A DNA stretch of 62,244 bases, filler included, from Ionaspis alba (taxonomy: Eukaryota): NCBI GenBank assembly GCA_964255285.1. It is 2 parts of 2 records of this genome, joined end to end, with 100 filler letters (N's around TTAATTAATTAA, not from the genome) between each part and the next. Parts side by side here need not be neighbours in the genome. Positions count along the whole stretch, not along the records: positions 31,178 to 62,244 come from CAXUUL010000111.1; 1 more part is not named here. One strand, 5' to 3'. Under the pieces are notes generated by a model. That model searched no databases. It was not told the DNA's origin and was given only the letters and a program-made list of their open reading frames with translations. Both the position numbers and the translations under genes were made by a program. Numbering within the stretch: the stretch's first letter is position 1; each line of letters starts with the position of its first letter. Of this stretch, positions 39,775 to 52,482 are shown one piece after another.

Positions 39775-41316
39775 TCAATTAAACAATCCGTCCTTTTTCA
39801 AAAGCTCTACATTCCCACCTGCTTCTCTGACAGCCTTCGCCGCAGCTTCACTCAGCTTTCTCCTCTTATCATTTGCTTCCCTTTCCCTCCTCGCCTTCGT
39901 CTTTGAACTTCCACTCGGTGCCACTCCTGTCAGAATTTTCTTGCTATCTTCCGGTGTAAAGTTGACAAAGCCCATGCTGGTTCCATTTGGTGTCTTCGGA
40001 GTCTTGGGAGTGTTTCCGGAGGAATGCTTACGACGTGCTAATTTCGAGCGGCGTCGAGATCTAGAAGTTGGACTTGGAGAGGAAGGAGGGGAGGGAGAGG
40101 CCGATCTCTGTGACCGAGGTGTTTGGGAGTAGCGAGGCGGGATTGAAGTCCCAGGGGAGACGTCAGAAGTGTACTCGTCGTCGTCGGCAATACCCGAGTC
40201 GTTTTGAAAGGGATTCTGAATGGTATTGAAGAAGTTCGTGGAAGGCGCGGCTCGGGTGAGTTCGTCGTAGGGGCCACAATCTATCATGAGGCCTTGAGAA
40301 AAGTCCTGAGGCATGTGCGAAAATTCTTGTGGCTCACTCTGTGGTTCGAGATCTGGGTAGATGGGAGCAGAGTTTTGTAGATTGGTTGTCCAGCTAGGGT
40401 GAATTTGAGTCGGAGAGATAGTGAAATCGGCGTCCGGATTCTGTGTCCACATAGCCGACTGTCGCCGTTGCTCATGTATCGTTGGCTGAAAGATGTGGGA
40501 AGCTCCCGCGCGCGAATGCCTTCTTACTTTCGATGCACGACGGGCGAATGATGTGGGAGAGGTAGGAGAGAGTGGCTCACATTCTGCGGCAGGAACCATG
40601 AAACTTGTAGGCTGCTCTTGCTGCTGCAGCTTTGCCGATGGTGGTGGCGATAGCGAGAGATCATTTTGGGCAACTTGAAGGTTGAACTGTTGAAATCGCT
40701 CTGTCCAGTCGGAGAAAGGAGAGTCCTGCCTCGCATAATAGGAAGATTGCATCATTTTCGGCGAGACAATCCCGCCACGGGTGGATGTTTTCGAAGACTT
40801 TCGGATTCGGTGTGTGGGGGAGAAGGAAGTCGTGGATCGAGAATTCTCTTTTTGGCGCGATCGAGGGTTTATTGGAGTCAGGGGAGGAGATAATACGGTT
40901 GGCGCACCGTGTATGTACGATCGATCTTTCCCCTCGAGATTAAGGAGTTGGTTGCCAGTGATGGCGACGCCCTCAGGACGCAGACGGTGCACGAGCTTTT
41001 GGCTTTGTGGAACAGGAGTGATCTTGTGTTCGCGCCATAAATTCGCTCGCCAAGAATGAAGGGGTTGGTACTGGGAGGCGGAGAGGTTAGAAGGTACCTG
41101 GTTGGTGAAAGGATCGTCCCTTGAGAGCACCTCCATGTCGAGTTCATCAAAGAGATTGGAAGACCCATTGGATTGGTCGCTTGAGTCCAAAGAGTCTTGA
41201 TCGTGGTGGAAGTATTGATCAAAGAAGTTGTCAAGCGGGAGGTCGTGCGGTTGACTGAGAAGATCGATATCTTTGTCCTCGCGAGGGAAGAACTCGGTTG
41301 GAGTGACCCTAGACAT
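39775..41316 (-). CDS. wetA: Developmental regulator WetA (spore maturation)
   Basis: C-terminal ESC1/WetA domain GFVNFTPEDSKKILTGVAPSGSSKTKARREREA..RRKLSEAA..AVREAGG; intronless; first ATG at 41316. Confidence 0.93.
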   Translation of the reverse strand: MSRVTPTEFFPREDKDIDLLSQPHDLPLDNFFDQYFHHDQDSLDSSDQSNGSSNLFDELDMEVLSRDDPFTNQVPSNLSASQYQPLHSWRANLWREHKITPVPQSQKLVHRLRPEGVAITGNQLLNLEGKDRSYIHGAPTVLSPPLTPINPRSRQKENSRSTTSFSPTHRIRKSSKTSTRGGIVSPKMMQSSYYARQDSPFSDWTERFQQFNLQVAQNDLSLSPPPSAKLQQQEQPTSFMVPAAECEPLSPTSPTSFARRASKVRRHSRAGASHIFQPTIHEQRRQSAMWTQNPDADFTISPTQIHPSWTTNLQNSAPIYPDLEPQSEPQEFSHMPQDFSQGLMIDCGPYDELTRAAPSTNFFNTIQNPFQNDSGIADDDEYTSDVSPGTSIPPRYSQTPRSQRSASPSPPSSPSPTSRSRRRSKLARRKHSSGNTPKTPKTPNGTSMGFVNFTPEDSKKILTGVAPSGSSKTKARREREANDKRRKLSEAAAKAVREAGGNVELLKKDGLFN

Positions 41317-41546
41317 GGCGCGTAGACCGGATCTGTTGAGACAGAGGGCTAGGCTAGGCCGTAGAAAGATGGAGGTAGGGCAATTATCAGCTGGTTCCTT
41401 GCAGCAGTATGCAAAACTTGCAGGAGTACGAAATGTAATATTATGCTGAAGAAGCAAACATAACAAAATAAACGAACGAAAGGGACGGCTTTATGAATCT
41501 GAATAATTCTCCATACCAGCCTCTCAACTTTTTGACCCATATCCCA

Positions 41547-41913
41547 GGAATGTGGTTTTCGAGACCCTGCATCACAGCTCCGGACGCTAGATTTGCGCGG
41601 TTTGACTGCTAGGCAAACGAAGGAAACTGTTTTCAAGGTGGCTGAATCCTCACCAGATGTGGCCGTTTGCGGAATGGGAGGCTGGAAATGTTGCCCAGGG
41701 ACCGTCAGGAATGCTAGTGACAAAGAAAAAATGCCCACTGGTAAATCACGGGGAGACTTGGTCTTCATGACGCTCAATCTGGACCGGGACATATATCAAG
41801 ATATGTAGAGCTTGACAGGGATTTCGACACAACAATGATCATCATTGCCATGCAAAGAATCAACAAAGAAATTGAGAATTGTGGTTGAGTTGGCAGTAAG
41901 ATGTATAGGAATG
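41547..41913 (-). promoter_or_regulatory. Four AbaA/TEA-type response elements (CATTCC) upstream of wetA
   Basis: GGAATG on + strand at 41547, 41671, 41708 and 41908, all in the same orientation. Confidence 0.65.
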
Positions 41914-41958
41914 CATATGGTGGTATGCCCAGCCACAGGAACATAATTTGAGCTATTC

Positions 41959-42979
41959 TTAGACGTCAAAATTCTGCACCTCTGGCATCCTTCCCAACCC
42001 TCCACCACCAGTACCCTGGACACTCTGACTGAGACCCTTACCGTCAACTTGTGCCATAGGTTCTTCATGCACGCCCCCAGCACTCCTGTCGATAACGTGC
42101 CTCCTTAGCATGGCAAGTATCTCGCTATTCTTCCATCTGGCCGGTACTGGTCTGTATGCTGGTTTAAAGGTGCCGACAGTCTGCGCCCACTCACCACTTC
42201 TAGGAGCACCCTTCCTCCACGCATCTGTTTCGGATCTATCCATCGGCTTTCCTTGCGCTGCAGGTGTCGAGATATCCGGACCACCGCCCTCGGCAGTTTC
42301 ATGTGAAGTTGGTGTAGGTTCTTGGGTCGCCCAATAATAGATATCCCAGTCGTTCTCATCAAGGAAAAGATCGTATTGCTTAAGTTGTTCGGTGTTCATC
42401 CTTGGCAAATTCACATCGGCGAAAGTGGATAGCAAGAGATCACTTTCGAGGGTTCCCCTTTTCCGACTCTGATCTATCAAGGGGACTCAAATGTCAGCCT
42501 CATATCCCATCTACCAGTTGAGGTCTTCAACGAAATAACGGACATAACAACCTAGCCCGCATGGTATTGCCATCTTCGCCTGTCCGCCGCAATGGTTCGA
42601 CTTTGAATTGTGCACCTTCCATTTGACCAACCTCCAATTCTGCATTGGGACAATCTTCTGGGCTACCTTTCTGGGTCCCACCAGTCATACGCTCAGTGTT
42701 CTCGGGCACCGAATCCTTGGGAACAAAGTCGGGGTCGACAGAAGTGATTAGCTCTGGAGGTGCTTTGTCGGCACCTACACTGGGCATCTCGTTGGCGATT
42801 GTCGAGGTTGTGTTGGTCATGTGAGGGCCCAATGGCTTCGATTTCTGTTCTTCGCGATGTGCTGGTGTAGTCTCATGCTCCCGGGGGCTTGCGAAGAATC
42901 GCGGGGTTGAGGATGAGAGTAATCGAGTCGTTCTAGAAGAGGCTCGACCAGAGCGAATAGCAAGGCGTTGAAGCGACAT
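41959..42979 (-). CDS. SDH5: Succinate dehydrogenase assembly factor 2 (flavinylation), 2 exons
   Basis: Mitochondrial presequence; [42 protein letters not shown]. Confidence 0.95.
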
Positions 42980-43521
42980 TCTATGATCTCTATCTAGACC
43001 GTGGTTAAATGGTTGAAAGATCTGTGAGAGGTGTTACGTCCAGCTTGATCTTAGGGTACAGTGCTAAGCCATTGAGGAAGTCGACGATGAGCGATATGGT
43101 TGCATCATCGGCCAAGACTACCCTGCATAAAGCATAAAAACCATTTATGACAAGCCCCTATTCATTCCCAACTAGAGGTGAAATTGGTGCGGTATATATG
43201 CTCCTTGTGAGACCTTGGGCAAGCAGATGAGCATCTTCACTGTGGTAGATTACGGTCGTGCAGTTGTACATGTGTATCCGCGTTGTTGGATGGAGTGCTG
43301 CATCGCCCACTTTCGCTATGGGTATCGGTCGAAAGGATTGGACAATTGGCAATAAGACTTTGGTGGTTTGAATCTTGTGGCAAAGACATATTCAAGGACG
43401 GGTCAAAGTCGAGTTAGATGAATCGTTTGCTTGTGTATTGTTTCATGCTATTGAAAATCCGCTCCTTGAGTCTAAGTCACAAATTGTCTTAGAACGAACA
43501 GAGCGCTTTTAAGTCAACTTT

Positions 43522-44351
43522 TTAGATTAGATGCTTGGACCTACATTGAAAATGTTAATGAGAGCATAAAATTTTCGATTGCGGGCGACATACCTGAAAT
43601 ATGCTCTCAAATAGACAACCTGCCACGCTCCCAGCCCGACCAGCATACCCATAGTTCCAAAAGCAAACCATTTTACTCGTTCATTCGTACTTTCATTGGT
43701 GTCTCTTAGCTTCTGCTCCCTATTTTTCAGATACTCCATCTCGTCCACAATTTCTCCGAGCATTTCTTCAATGCGTTTGAGTTCGGTCTCCACCGGCTTC
43801 AGCTTCTCTGCAGCCTGAATCGCAGACCAATCCTTGGCGTCTGCGCCAATGTCAATGTCGAGCTCAATGTGTCGTGAGGGATTCGAGGCAGCGTCTACTA
43901 CTTGTTAACATTGCCCTGTATAATTGGGCTGCTTTGCTTTACGTCTGGAAGTCAGGATGTTCTCAAAGCAGACGTCAAAGGCGGAATCGGTGTGGGAAGT
44001 AAATGCCATCCGGGTCTCTCCAACAATATCTTTTGGCTTGCCATACTCATTGTCCTGAGTGTCCTTGATCTAGATCATTGAGAAATATTAGCAGGCGCCT
44101 TAGCCTTTTCATGATGATAGAAAAAGACTAACATGCATGTTCACCATCTGTCCATCGCCTTTCGTTCCGCTGACCGTGGCAGTGACAACGACCAAAGTGT
44201 CCCTTGTGACAAAATTTCGTATACATCGATGGTACTTGGAACTGCTTCCAGCGTGGGCGGCGAGATCGAACTTCAATGCCCAGGAGAATGGTAGTAGTGT
44301 AATCCAGAGCAACAGCGCAGCATAGCACGGCCTTCGTATTGAGCACTTCAT
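43522..44351 (-). CDS. ERV25: p24 delta cargo receptor (Erv25/TMED10), 4 exons
   Basis: Signal peptide, [62 protein letters not shown]. Confidence 0.95.
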
Positions 44352-44642
44352 AGTGGCTGCCAGGGGGAAATTGGCGGACTCGGTGATCCAGAAATTCTCG
44401 TGTGCTGAGAGAAAGCACCGAATTAGCAATTCAGGAGCCGCCTCGGTACAACCTTCCCAATCAAGCGCGTCGCGTCTGTGATTAGAGTGTCTCCAGAACA
44501 GCAAGAACTCAACTCACACTATCATAATCTCCTGAGAGGCCAAATCCTACTTCCTACCTACTCCTACGCCTAGTATGTTCTATGTCAACGTTGTGGGTCT
44601 GAATTGGTACATTTTCAGTTCCCCTTAAATTCGTTGGCTAGA

Positions 44643-45133
44643 ATGGACACAATGAGGTCTACCTCGTCCGACACAAATCCCATGAACATCTGGAAGCAGG
44701 TCTGTATAGCCCTCTTTATTGAAATTTTCAGGATTACACTGAACCGCCATAGATGTCCTACATTCCCCCTCGTGGTTCGTGTGCCTACAAAACCTCTCTC
44801 ATGTCACCTGCCTGCGCCTGTCTTCGCTTCATGATTCACCCCATGAAAGCAGCAACAAGCTTTGAATGCGACGGCTGTGCTCACCACGCAAGCTTTCATA
44901 AAATGGAAAATGAGGGGGAAGAAGAGCTCCTTGCTCGCTGGAAAGTAGCCGATGGAACCTTTGACCGAGAAGCATATCAGCAGGACGAAGAGGTACAGGA
45001 GGTCTTGATGAAACGCCGACGCTTGGGCATCACGGGGAGCATGAGCACTGAAGGCGTCCTTATGCCTGCAAAGGCTCGTAGTACATTGGTAGGACCGACG
45101 CGTAAGCGGAGCAGGGCGGAAAAGTCAGCGTGA
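44643..45133 (+). CDS. Small Cys/His-rich fungal hypothetical protein, 2 exons
   Basis: ATG 44643, GT-AG intron about 44700-44752, motif C..KTSLMSPACACLRF..HP....FECDGCAHHASFH. Confidence 0.65.
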
Positions 45134-46079
45134 TAGCAATATAAGAGAAGCTGGTGTCAGCCAGGTGTAGTCTAAGGAAACAAGCTTCTGGCGCATTATC
45201 ACCATACGGACACGTTGCTATCGAATGAGTCTCTTGGAGCCTCAATACAAAGACGTCGGACCTGCTATACTAGGCAGTATGTCATCTCTCTAGATGAGGG
45301 AGTTGAAACACGCAGGCTGACGAATTGTTCACCTAGGGTCAATATCAGTATGACACCAAGGCAATCCTTCGCACAAAATTTGGCCGAGGTGTGACCACCC
45401 CATTTTGTTCAAGACTGATACCAATCGGGCCTGAGCGTTTGGCGTAGCAGCATTGTTTGTTCTAAGGCACTTCAGATAACAGGTCCAGGACTAATGCTCA
45501 ACATTGTGTTCATTAGCCATTACGGTTTGATTGTGCGAGGAGTATTGTGCGTAGATTCGGATCCAAAACCTTTCATTAAGTAGAAACTGGTTGCTCGTTG
45601 CCGTGGCAGCTAACCGGTTCAGTCTACTATTTTAGTTAAACATGCGAAAACGTCTCAAACCAGCTAGAATTCTAATGTGCTGTCCAGAGTATGAGACTTT
45701 CAAGCTCGTAATATCATTCGATCATGGACCTGTCATGCATTTAGACGCCATCTGTGACCTGCATTATTTGCCTCCGGAAAGAGCAAAGGGGCAACGGCCG
45801 CAGGTTTCTCGAGCCGCCGACCCCATGACGTCGTTGGTTGGTTGTTTTTCCCTCGTCATTGCAGGAGCTAAGGTACCCGTCGACGTTCCGAAAATCTAGC
45901 TGATCGAACGATATATTCTCTTCTCCTCCTTCGTAACCATTACTACTGCACTCTCTCCTCAAATAACTGATCATACGCACGTGCTAAACTCCGCAAGAAC
46001 TTAAACACTTTCACAACGCTGCAAAATTCTACGCACCTTTCGAACCTGAGCACCTTTCTTGCGACAAAGCGATAGCGCG

Positions 46080-46696
46080 ATGGCGAATACTGTCAATCTC
46101 GCCCTTCGAGGGCTCCAGGTACTTGAACATAGTTCAGACAGAGCGAACTGACCAATTTCTGACGATTACAGTTCTTTTGGACGCTGCTCATTCTTGCACT
46201 AACGGGAAACATGATTCACGACGCGATCGGAGGCAATCCACCCACCGTGAATTTCGTTATGTTCGTTGCGGTCTTTGCGATGTTGTCGCTCATATATCTC
46301 ATTGCCGCATCCATCAACGAAGGCTTCGCGATGGTTGCCTGGGGTCCTCTGATTGTTGATGGCATTAATGTCTTCCTTTTCTTGATCGCTGGAATTGTGA
46401 TGGCTGCTCAGCTTGGAGTCCACAGCTGTGGCAATGGGGTAATGTATTTCAGTTGTATTATATACTGTGTAAGTACTGACAAATTGCAGGATTATGTCGA
46501 TAACAACATTATCACCAGCGGATCTTTCGACAATACGAAACGCTGCCACGAAGGCCAAGCAGTCACAGCTTTCCTGTGGTTCGGCTTCGCCACTTTCCTC
46601 GCCTCTCTATTCTTCTCTTTCTTGGGCGCACGCAGCGGAGGAGCGAATCTTCGCGGTGGTATCCGAAGAGGTGGGCCAATAATGTCTCAAGTCTAG
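46080..46696 (+). CDS. NCE102: MARVEL-domain eisosome/MCC protein Nce102, 3 exons
   Basis: NLALRGLQ|FFWTLLILAL.GN, NP..VNFVMF, VHSC.N..Y...N.I, RC.E.QA.TAFLWF, terminal MSQV. Confidence 0.9.
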
Positions 46697-48762
46697 GTGA
46701 GCAGCACGTTTATCAATACTGCTGCCACCACAAAACGTCCGTGCTTAAGCTGATCCGTTCTATCATGTGGGTAGTGTGATTCCCGGAAACCGTCGATATT
46801 TGTCGCTAGGCTGCGACGTTTCCTTGAGCAAAAGTACATGAGGTTTTAGGTAGGGCGTTCATTGGAAAGGACTTTGTGCATCAATGGCGACGGGCTGTTT
46901 ACTAGGCTTCCTTCTTAGCCAGCGATACGTTGACATGCACATTGTTGTACGAATAGTAATGGATGGAGGAAGGCCTTAATATAATCATAATGCAGCACCC
47001 GAAGCTTGTCATCGTATGAGGATGATCCACTAGGACCCAGCATTTCGCTAATCAGCCTCGCGGTTGTATCTAAGGCGACGCCCAATGGATAGCGTGAATT
47101 GCACTCGCAAGCATCTCCAGACCAGGGTAACACTCGAAGCGGTGTGGAGTTATGGACTTTAGGAGCACATTTTCAATACCGGCGGACAATTGTAGACTTC
47201 ATTCCCATGACTATGCTGCTTACAGCTTAATCGCTTTGTGGCCAAGCATGTGGCTGAGTTGGAGGTGGCTGAGGCTGCGTGATACGCCAACTACCTATTT
47301 CCCACAGAATTCTTCGCAGCAAAAAGCAAATACAATTATGGCTAGAGTGCCTTGCCCATTTTCATAATTAGGTCGCAAGTACATTTGGAGTCTAGAGGTT
47401 GCCCGGAATTTTTGGCTGACATCTATTGATGTGCGATAGCTACGACGATGCTTTTTGACCCGTCGCGGAGTAACACACATTCCGAAAACGATCACGAGTT
47501 ACCACGATTCCATCATGTTAACGGCACTGCATACGATGCTAAGTATACCGAACACCATTTGGAGGTATGCTCTGTACGAGGTGTAGAGGAATTCTGGGCC
47601 ACGTCACGCCTCTGTTGACTACGTCCGTAAACACAGCCTCGGAAAGCTGCCTTAGCTGCCTTCCTCTCGCTCAGCAGCAACCACCGCGACCCATCTCGTC
47701 CAAGCCTCATCCAGTGAACAGTGTCAACAGTGTCCCACACCACACTATCGTATGGCTGTACAACCACACATCTGAGTCGGTGGCTTGGGTTGGGCAGGTA
47801 TGCATATATATAATGTTACTTCTGCCCACCATTCCTGATCCTCGCTTGCTGCACCGCGACTGTTTTCGGATCACCGATATATAAACCCAACCACTTCATT
47901 TCACTTCTATCTATGAAAGGTGCTTGCCTGGCTTGCCTTAATTGCCTCACAGCTCCAAGCTGTTTCCCAAGATCGGCTACTAATCTACAGACGTTACCCA
48001 TTCCCCCCGTCTTTTCTTTGCACTCGCGCACCTCTGATTTCCGTCGCAGCTGAAGCCCGATCTTCGGTATCTTTTTCTCTGGGTTTGCCCTGCAATTTCC
48101 AGGGACAGACATTTCGCATTCAGAGCTTATCCCATATCTTGGATACGCTAAGGGCAATTTGGACCATACTAAGCCCTGGTTATCGAGAACCATCAACTGT
48201 TCTGCTTGTGGACTTCCTCGGATGGACTGCAAACTTCACGTTCGGAGTATTACTTCTTTCCGGCCTCCCAAGTATGCGATCCCACTAAGTTTGGGATGTC
48301 CGTTTGGGGTCCTAGGACACCCGTAGGCTTACAATAAGATAGGAAACCCGGACAAGGTCTTTGACCAGTCCAGTGTAGTCGCGAGACATTCAATCTTTGA
48401 AACCAGTTGCCTTAAACTTCCTGAATCCAAAGGCCTGATTTCAAGACCCAGCAGGTCCATCATCAGTTCCCATCCCGCCACTATACGGAAGTATTGTTAG
48501 CAGCCGGTTTGGAGATCACCAGGAGAATTTAAGGATATCCAGAACAAACGACACCGGAACTTCCAAGAGATTGGCCTCTGGACTGTGCAAGAATCCATCG
48601 GCCATCCACTATTGGAATCTTGAACAAATATAGAATACCATCTGATATTCCGAGCCTTGGTCGTGTGTCCAAGAGATTGGACTTTCAATACTCCTTTGAC
48701 GGCCGCAGCAACAAAAGTGTGCCCTCTTCGTTGTAATGTACCATCATCGTTCTACCAAAGGG

Positions 48763-50934
48763 ATGGCCGTCGAGAGCGACCTGAATATGACTGTGGAAAG
48801 TATGCCTTTCTACCCTGGTCTAGAAGATTCCGGCGATGAGATTCCGGAATACGAAATCCATGAAGGTTTTGAGCCGGATTTGGTACAGCTGGAGTACCCC
48901 AGGCAGAACATCTCGAGCAAGGACCTTCCTACCTCTCTTTCTCCTGCTGCGTACTCTGCTCCTTCATGGGAAGTCCTACATGAAACCAGAAACCAGCCGC
49001 GTTATTCGGGGCCTCCATTCCATATCCACCAAGCTTATGAGTATCACGCTGGGTCCTCTGGAAAAATGACAACCAGCTTCCCTGGATATATCCAAAACCC
49101 AGGCGTGCCGTGGAACTATGTCACAGGCCTCCCCAAAGGCTTAGAGCAATCTCCTCGGACCCAAGTGAACCAGTCTGATTATGCCAACAACGGTCTATCG
49201 GGAGAGTCTGATGATAAGATCCTGGCTCGAGGTCCGGCCATTGTGTCCAATGCCCGAACTCGTAATCCGTGGGAAGGAATTGAAACCCCATTTAGCTATT
49301 CAGCAGGAAGTCCAGAGGTACCAAGCTCCTACCCAATGCTGCGAGACACGAGGCTCCGATCACTCGATTCCTCATTAGGTCGTCAAGTGAGGGACTTTGC
49401 TGGTATATGCGATTATCCTGATGACATTAGGACTCAGAACGTCGTTAATTCTGGATTGAGCCCGGTATCAGAGGACTTGCCTCAAGGAGGAAATTCACCA
49501 CCAGGTGACCATCCTTGCCAAAAAGTAAATATTTGGTTTCGGGGAACTGCCCGTTCCTCACGACCCTTTGTTGACCTACAAGCTGAATCGAGCTTCACGT
49601 TTAGCTAGGGCCAGCACCTCAGGATATTTGCTTTAATAATCCTGCCTCTGTTTCGCCGCCATCGCACGTGGGAGCTGGTATGTCGTATATTAGCGAGCTG
49701 CTATTGTGGTGACTAATTTCGCAAACGTGACAGTTGGGGAAGAGGGACATAAGCTCGACCATACGATGGAAGGCCTCTTAACCCCCAATAGTTCCGCACC
49801 CTCGACTCCTCCACAACCGGAAAAGCGGAAACCTTCTACACGCCGCGAACGGTCTCAGAAAACTCTTCAGCCAAAGAGCCGGAACCTCCGAGCAAAGGAT
49901 ACCCCCAAGAAGACCTTGGAATCCAAGAAACCTGGCTTTCTAACGTTGGACTCCCACGACAAGATGAACGTAGTTACCCGCCCTACACGGTACGTTTCAG
50001 AGGAGTCAAAGAAAAACGCGGATAAGATGAAGAGGTTGGGAGGCAGCTGTCTGAATTGCCAAATATCGAAGCAATCTGTATGACTGAAACCCCTGGTTAA
50101 AAAATCAAATAGAGACTGACTAGCAACCGCAAGTGTTCTGCATCTCATACAGGACCACGTGGCCGTGAGGCAGCGGCTATCCTACGTTCCCGGAGAGAAC
50201 ATGGTATTCCAGAGAATGTGTCGACACCAAGGACCATGACGACTCCAGGATCTGCTATTGAATTATGACTTCATCGTACGGTGTCTTTACACTATTCTCC
50301 GCCAGCGAGATCCCATTAATGTCCCAGTATTATGGAGGAGTATCCACGGTTTTCAGTATAGACTACCAGTTGGATTTGTTAGAGGAGATCCAAGTTCCGG
50401 ACTTTCACGATACAGGCTCCTATCCTCAAAGCTTGGCGTCGAGAACTGGGATAACTCGGCCAAGCTTTTCGATAGGGTTCAAGCGTCTGATACACAGTCC
50501 AAACCACTTCTTAGAATTTGTCCGTTCGACGTTAATTGTTTGGTTGCATCCAGCAGCACCGCCAAACAGTCGAAGCATAACTGCTAAACATTGAAGCTTT
50601 CTGTATTTCTTGGCCCTTTCCGTGTCTTGGAGGTACTTCCATCGGTCGGCGCCCTCAAAACTACCTAGGCGGATGACCCTACTAAGGGAGGAGTTGAATT
50701 TAGGGCAGCCAATTGGAAATTGCCATTTTGGAGTTTGGCGATGCACTTCTTTACTTGTCGTTATTATTTTCGATGCAACCCGGGTCTGTCTGGGTTCAAC
50801 GCTTACATAAAGGGAAGATGAGGTCATGGATTTCTTATCCATACGGAACCACTGGAGGGAGCCATTGCAAGAGGCTGAAGTCCCTCTGTCGGAAGTATCT
50901 TCATTTCTTCGTCTGTGTCTTTTATCCTTGGTGA
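48763..50934 (+). pseudogene. Degenerate Zn-cluster-like transcription factor gene, possibly a pseudogene
   Basis: Spliceable exons reach MKRLGGSCLNCQISKQS|CSASHTGPRGRE; the second Cys pair is missing and downstream coding-like segments are in shifting frames with stops. Confidence 0.35.
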
Positions 50935-51003
50935 GGTAATCGCTGGTACGCCAACGCTATGCCCTTATGTACATTCAATAGCTCCACCTCTATAAGCGAC
51001 TCA

Positions 51004-51572
51004 TCATAACGAAGCTGCTGCCTCGATTGCCCCTGCCAGCTTGAATGACTTCTTGCTCGTGACCACGACCTCAACTGGGTATTTCCACTCCATGAACCTT
51101 GCCCAACCTATGGAAAAGGGAAAGGTTAGCGAAAACTTCATATTGTGCGACCACCATCCGCGGCCTTCCCTGCCGTCCCACAACTCCGTCCTCTGCCTCG
51201 TGGATCTCTTCATACCCCCTCCCTCTGCAATCTTGTAGCATTCTCCCTCCCCGGACCACTACCTATCCACTCTGTCGTGGGAGACTCACCCCAATAAGCG
51301 CACTTCCTCCCAAAGTACTTCCCCACATATGGTACCACCACCATCGTCAGTAAGAGCTCTAGTTGCTGTAAGCTCTCTTTCCACTCCCGCTCTGCATCGG
51401 ACTCTTCCTGCTCAGTCTCGGAGTCGATGTCGTCGCTCTCAGCGCTGTCGGGAAGAGAATCTATGGATGAGCCCGTGGAGGGCGAGTTCGGGGGTTCTGT
51501 AGAGCTCGTAGTGCGGTCGTTGGAGGATGATGGGGCTCGGACGATATACGGATCGGAGTCCGAGAGGGACAT
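51004..51572 (-). CDS. MIM2: Mitochondrial import protein Mim2, 2 exons
   Basis: Acidic N-terminus, SDAEREWKESLQQLELLLTMVVVPYVGKYFGRKCAYW|GWARFMEW. Confidence 0.8.
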
Positions 51573-51925
51573 TTTGGGCGGCGTGCTGGAGTGGAGTATT
51601 GGGCCTTAGAGGTTAACGACTTGGGGGTTGCTGAGACATTGAGGATTTGGCGCCTCTTGAAGATAGAACCCGGCGTACGCGTTATCAGAGGTGGTGATAC
51701 GTCGGCGTTGAGGATTATTTATACTTTGCCGTTGGTGAGAGCATTGAAGCCTTTGATGATCGCAAAATCGTCTCTTTTGGGTTAGCGCCTGCGAGTGAGC
51801 TTGAAGCCGAGTGACCAGCAACAACCACCAAGACAGCGAGCTTCAACAAGTCTCCAGCAATCCAATCACTGAAACTACGTCCAGAAGGTCCCTGACGGAC
51901 CGATAACTCAAAGTACACACTCAGC

Positions 51926-52482
51926 ATGCCTGTCAAGCCAATTCAAGGAGTAAGTACAAACGAAGCCCTCTGCCACATCCTCACGGAATCAAGTCGACAT
52001 AGCACAGCTGTCCGCAATTGTCGAGGCTTTAGCATGAATGCAGTCTGTCTTGTATGACATGTACTAACAGTTGACTCTATAGATGCTTCGACGGGGCCTC
52101 GTCCTTGATCTCTCCATCGCGTTCGGTATGCCCCTCGTACTCCTTCGGAGCATTAGCACGACAACCACGCGGCCAACGAATGCCCAGAACCGCCCCCAGA
52201 CAATGACCATATGATCTGAAATGGGTCGTGTTGCGGGACTGATACTAACCCTATGCATTCCGTAGGGCTCGGAACCTCTTTCGGCTACCTCTACTGGTAC
52301 GGTACGTACAATCTCTGTTCGACCTTTTCCACAGCCATACATACGTCTTTTGCTCGTATTGTAATCTCTCCAGAACCTACAACTTATCGATCACAGGATA
52401 TCATGTTCCTGCGACACGGAGGCGCGATATGTTCTACGCAAAGCTGGAGGATCAGAGAGCCGAGGCTGCCGGCGTGGTGTAG
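51926..52482 (+). CDS. COX9: Cytochrome c oxidase subunit 9 (VIIa), 4 exons
   Basis: Spliced product MPVKPIQGMLRRGLVLDLSIAFGLGTSFGYLYWYGYHVPATRRRDMFYAKLEDQRAEAAGVV. Confidence 0.93.

Noticed and set aside
41317..41466. 50-codon N-terminal extension of WetA
   Set aside because: Begins at a non-ATG codon with no evidence of use; the first ATG at 41316 is adequate
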